Assembly (NCBI GenBank): GCA_903813345.2
Contig: CAIIXF020000001.1
Coordinates: 12,772,001 to 12,836,000 of the forward strand
Origin: Owenia fusiformis
Lineage: Eukaryota
Reading direction: 5' to 3'
DNA length: 64,000 nucleotides
Shown: positions 63,327-64,000 of the stretch, one piece after another
Layout: each line of letters starts with the position of its first letter
How positions within the stretch are numbered: the first letter of the stretch is position 1
Translations under genes and position numbers: made by a program
The notes under the pieces: generated by a model
Database searches by the model: none
Told to the model about the DNA's origin: nothing
Seen by the model: only the letters and a program-made list of their open reading frames with translations

Positions 63327-64000
63327 CTGAAGTGTGCAAGAGGTAACATATCTAGTTAAAAGAAGGATATAAGACAACTGGAAATGCTAAATGGGCATTT
63401 TTAGATTCTTAAAATTGTCAAAGTTGAGTAAAATTGGGGGTAATGTGTGTACAAATTGTAACCTGATAACTCATCCCCAGAATAACTCATCAATTGTTAG
63501 AAGTATCAAAATACATCAGCTGTTTAGAAGATCAAGAAAAAAAGAATCGCATATTAAGAAGATGATGCCAGTGAGAAATGCCTGATAATAATGTCTTTAT
63601 TAAAAGGCTCTATCATGATATTTGGTCAAGATCAAAATATACAAAATTCAACATAATTGTCTTTTAAACCCCAAAAAATTAAAAACAATGTAGTATATAA
63701 ATAAACAATGAACAACACTGCGTATCATAATCGAATAAAATCTGGTAAATATGACAATGTAAATAGAACAACGATAAATGCAAGTATATATTAATTTCCT
63801 GAAAATGGATGATTTTAAAAGGAACGACAAAGCAACATTCATGACATTTCACCTAATACCCAAGACTCATTTCATTTGTTTCACTCGCTACATAAAATTC
63901 AGTTGAATTTGCTTAATCCTGAACAATCTTTTTATAGACGAGATGCAAGTCGAAACAATTTTCATTTTCATCATTATATATTCAAAATTTAGTGTAAGTG

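Noticed and set aside
62925-63340. Possible fourth CAC-ended Transib-like element
   Set aside because: The outer ends are degenerate and no 5-bp TSD was found, so it is kept only as a generic MITE.

Overview
AT-rich, repeat-dense eukaryotic (most likely marine invertebrate) genomic DNA, not prokaryotic. The main host feature is a tandem cluster of secreted astacin-family (M12A) zinc metalloprotease genes on the + strand. Two complete 9-exon genes can be spliced by hand (22538-29445, 330 aa; 33999-51931, 321 aa), and the signal-peptide exon of a third paralog starts at 62831. Both complete paralogs keep the catalytic HExxHxxGxxH and SIMHY motifs but lack the astacin family-specific Glu after the third His. 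Introns and intergenic DNA are full of transposons: three different CAC...GTG elements with exact 5-bp TSDs (Transib/RAG-like signature, one starting with the RSS heptamer CACAGTG); a 4.4-kb foldback palindrome with a minisatellite core; a 6.6-kb decayed piggyBac whose transposase is split by spliceosomal introns; a young 5'-truncated L1/Tx1 LINE with a 13-bp TSD nested in a Helentron-type element; several Helentron-associated tandem-repeat elements; TTAA-flanked Kolobok-like MITEs; palindromic MITEs with 8-bp TSDs; and a Cys-rich P2X7-ballast/KolX-like ORF at the window edge. All gene models and family assignments were made by eye, with no database search or expression data.
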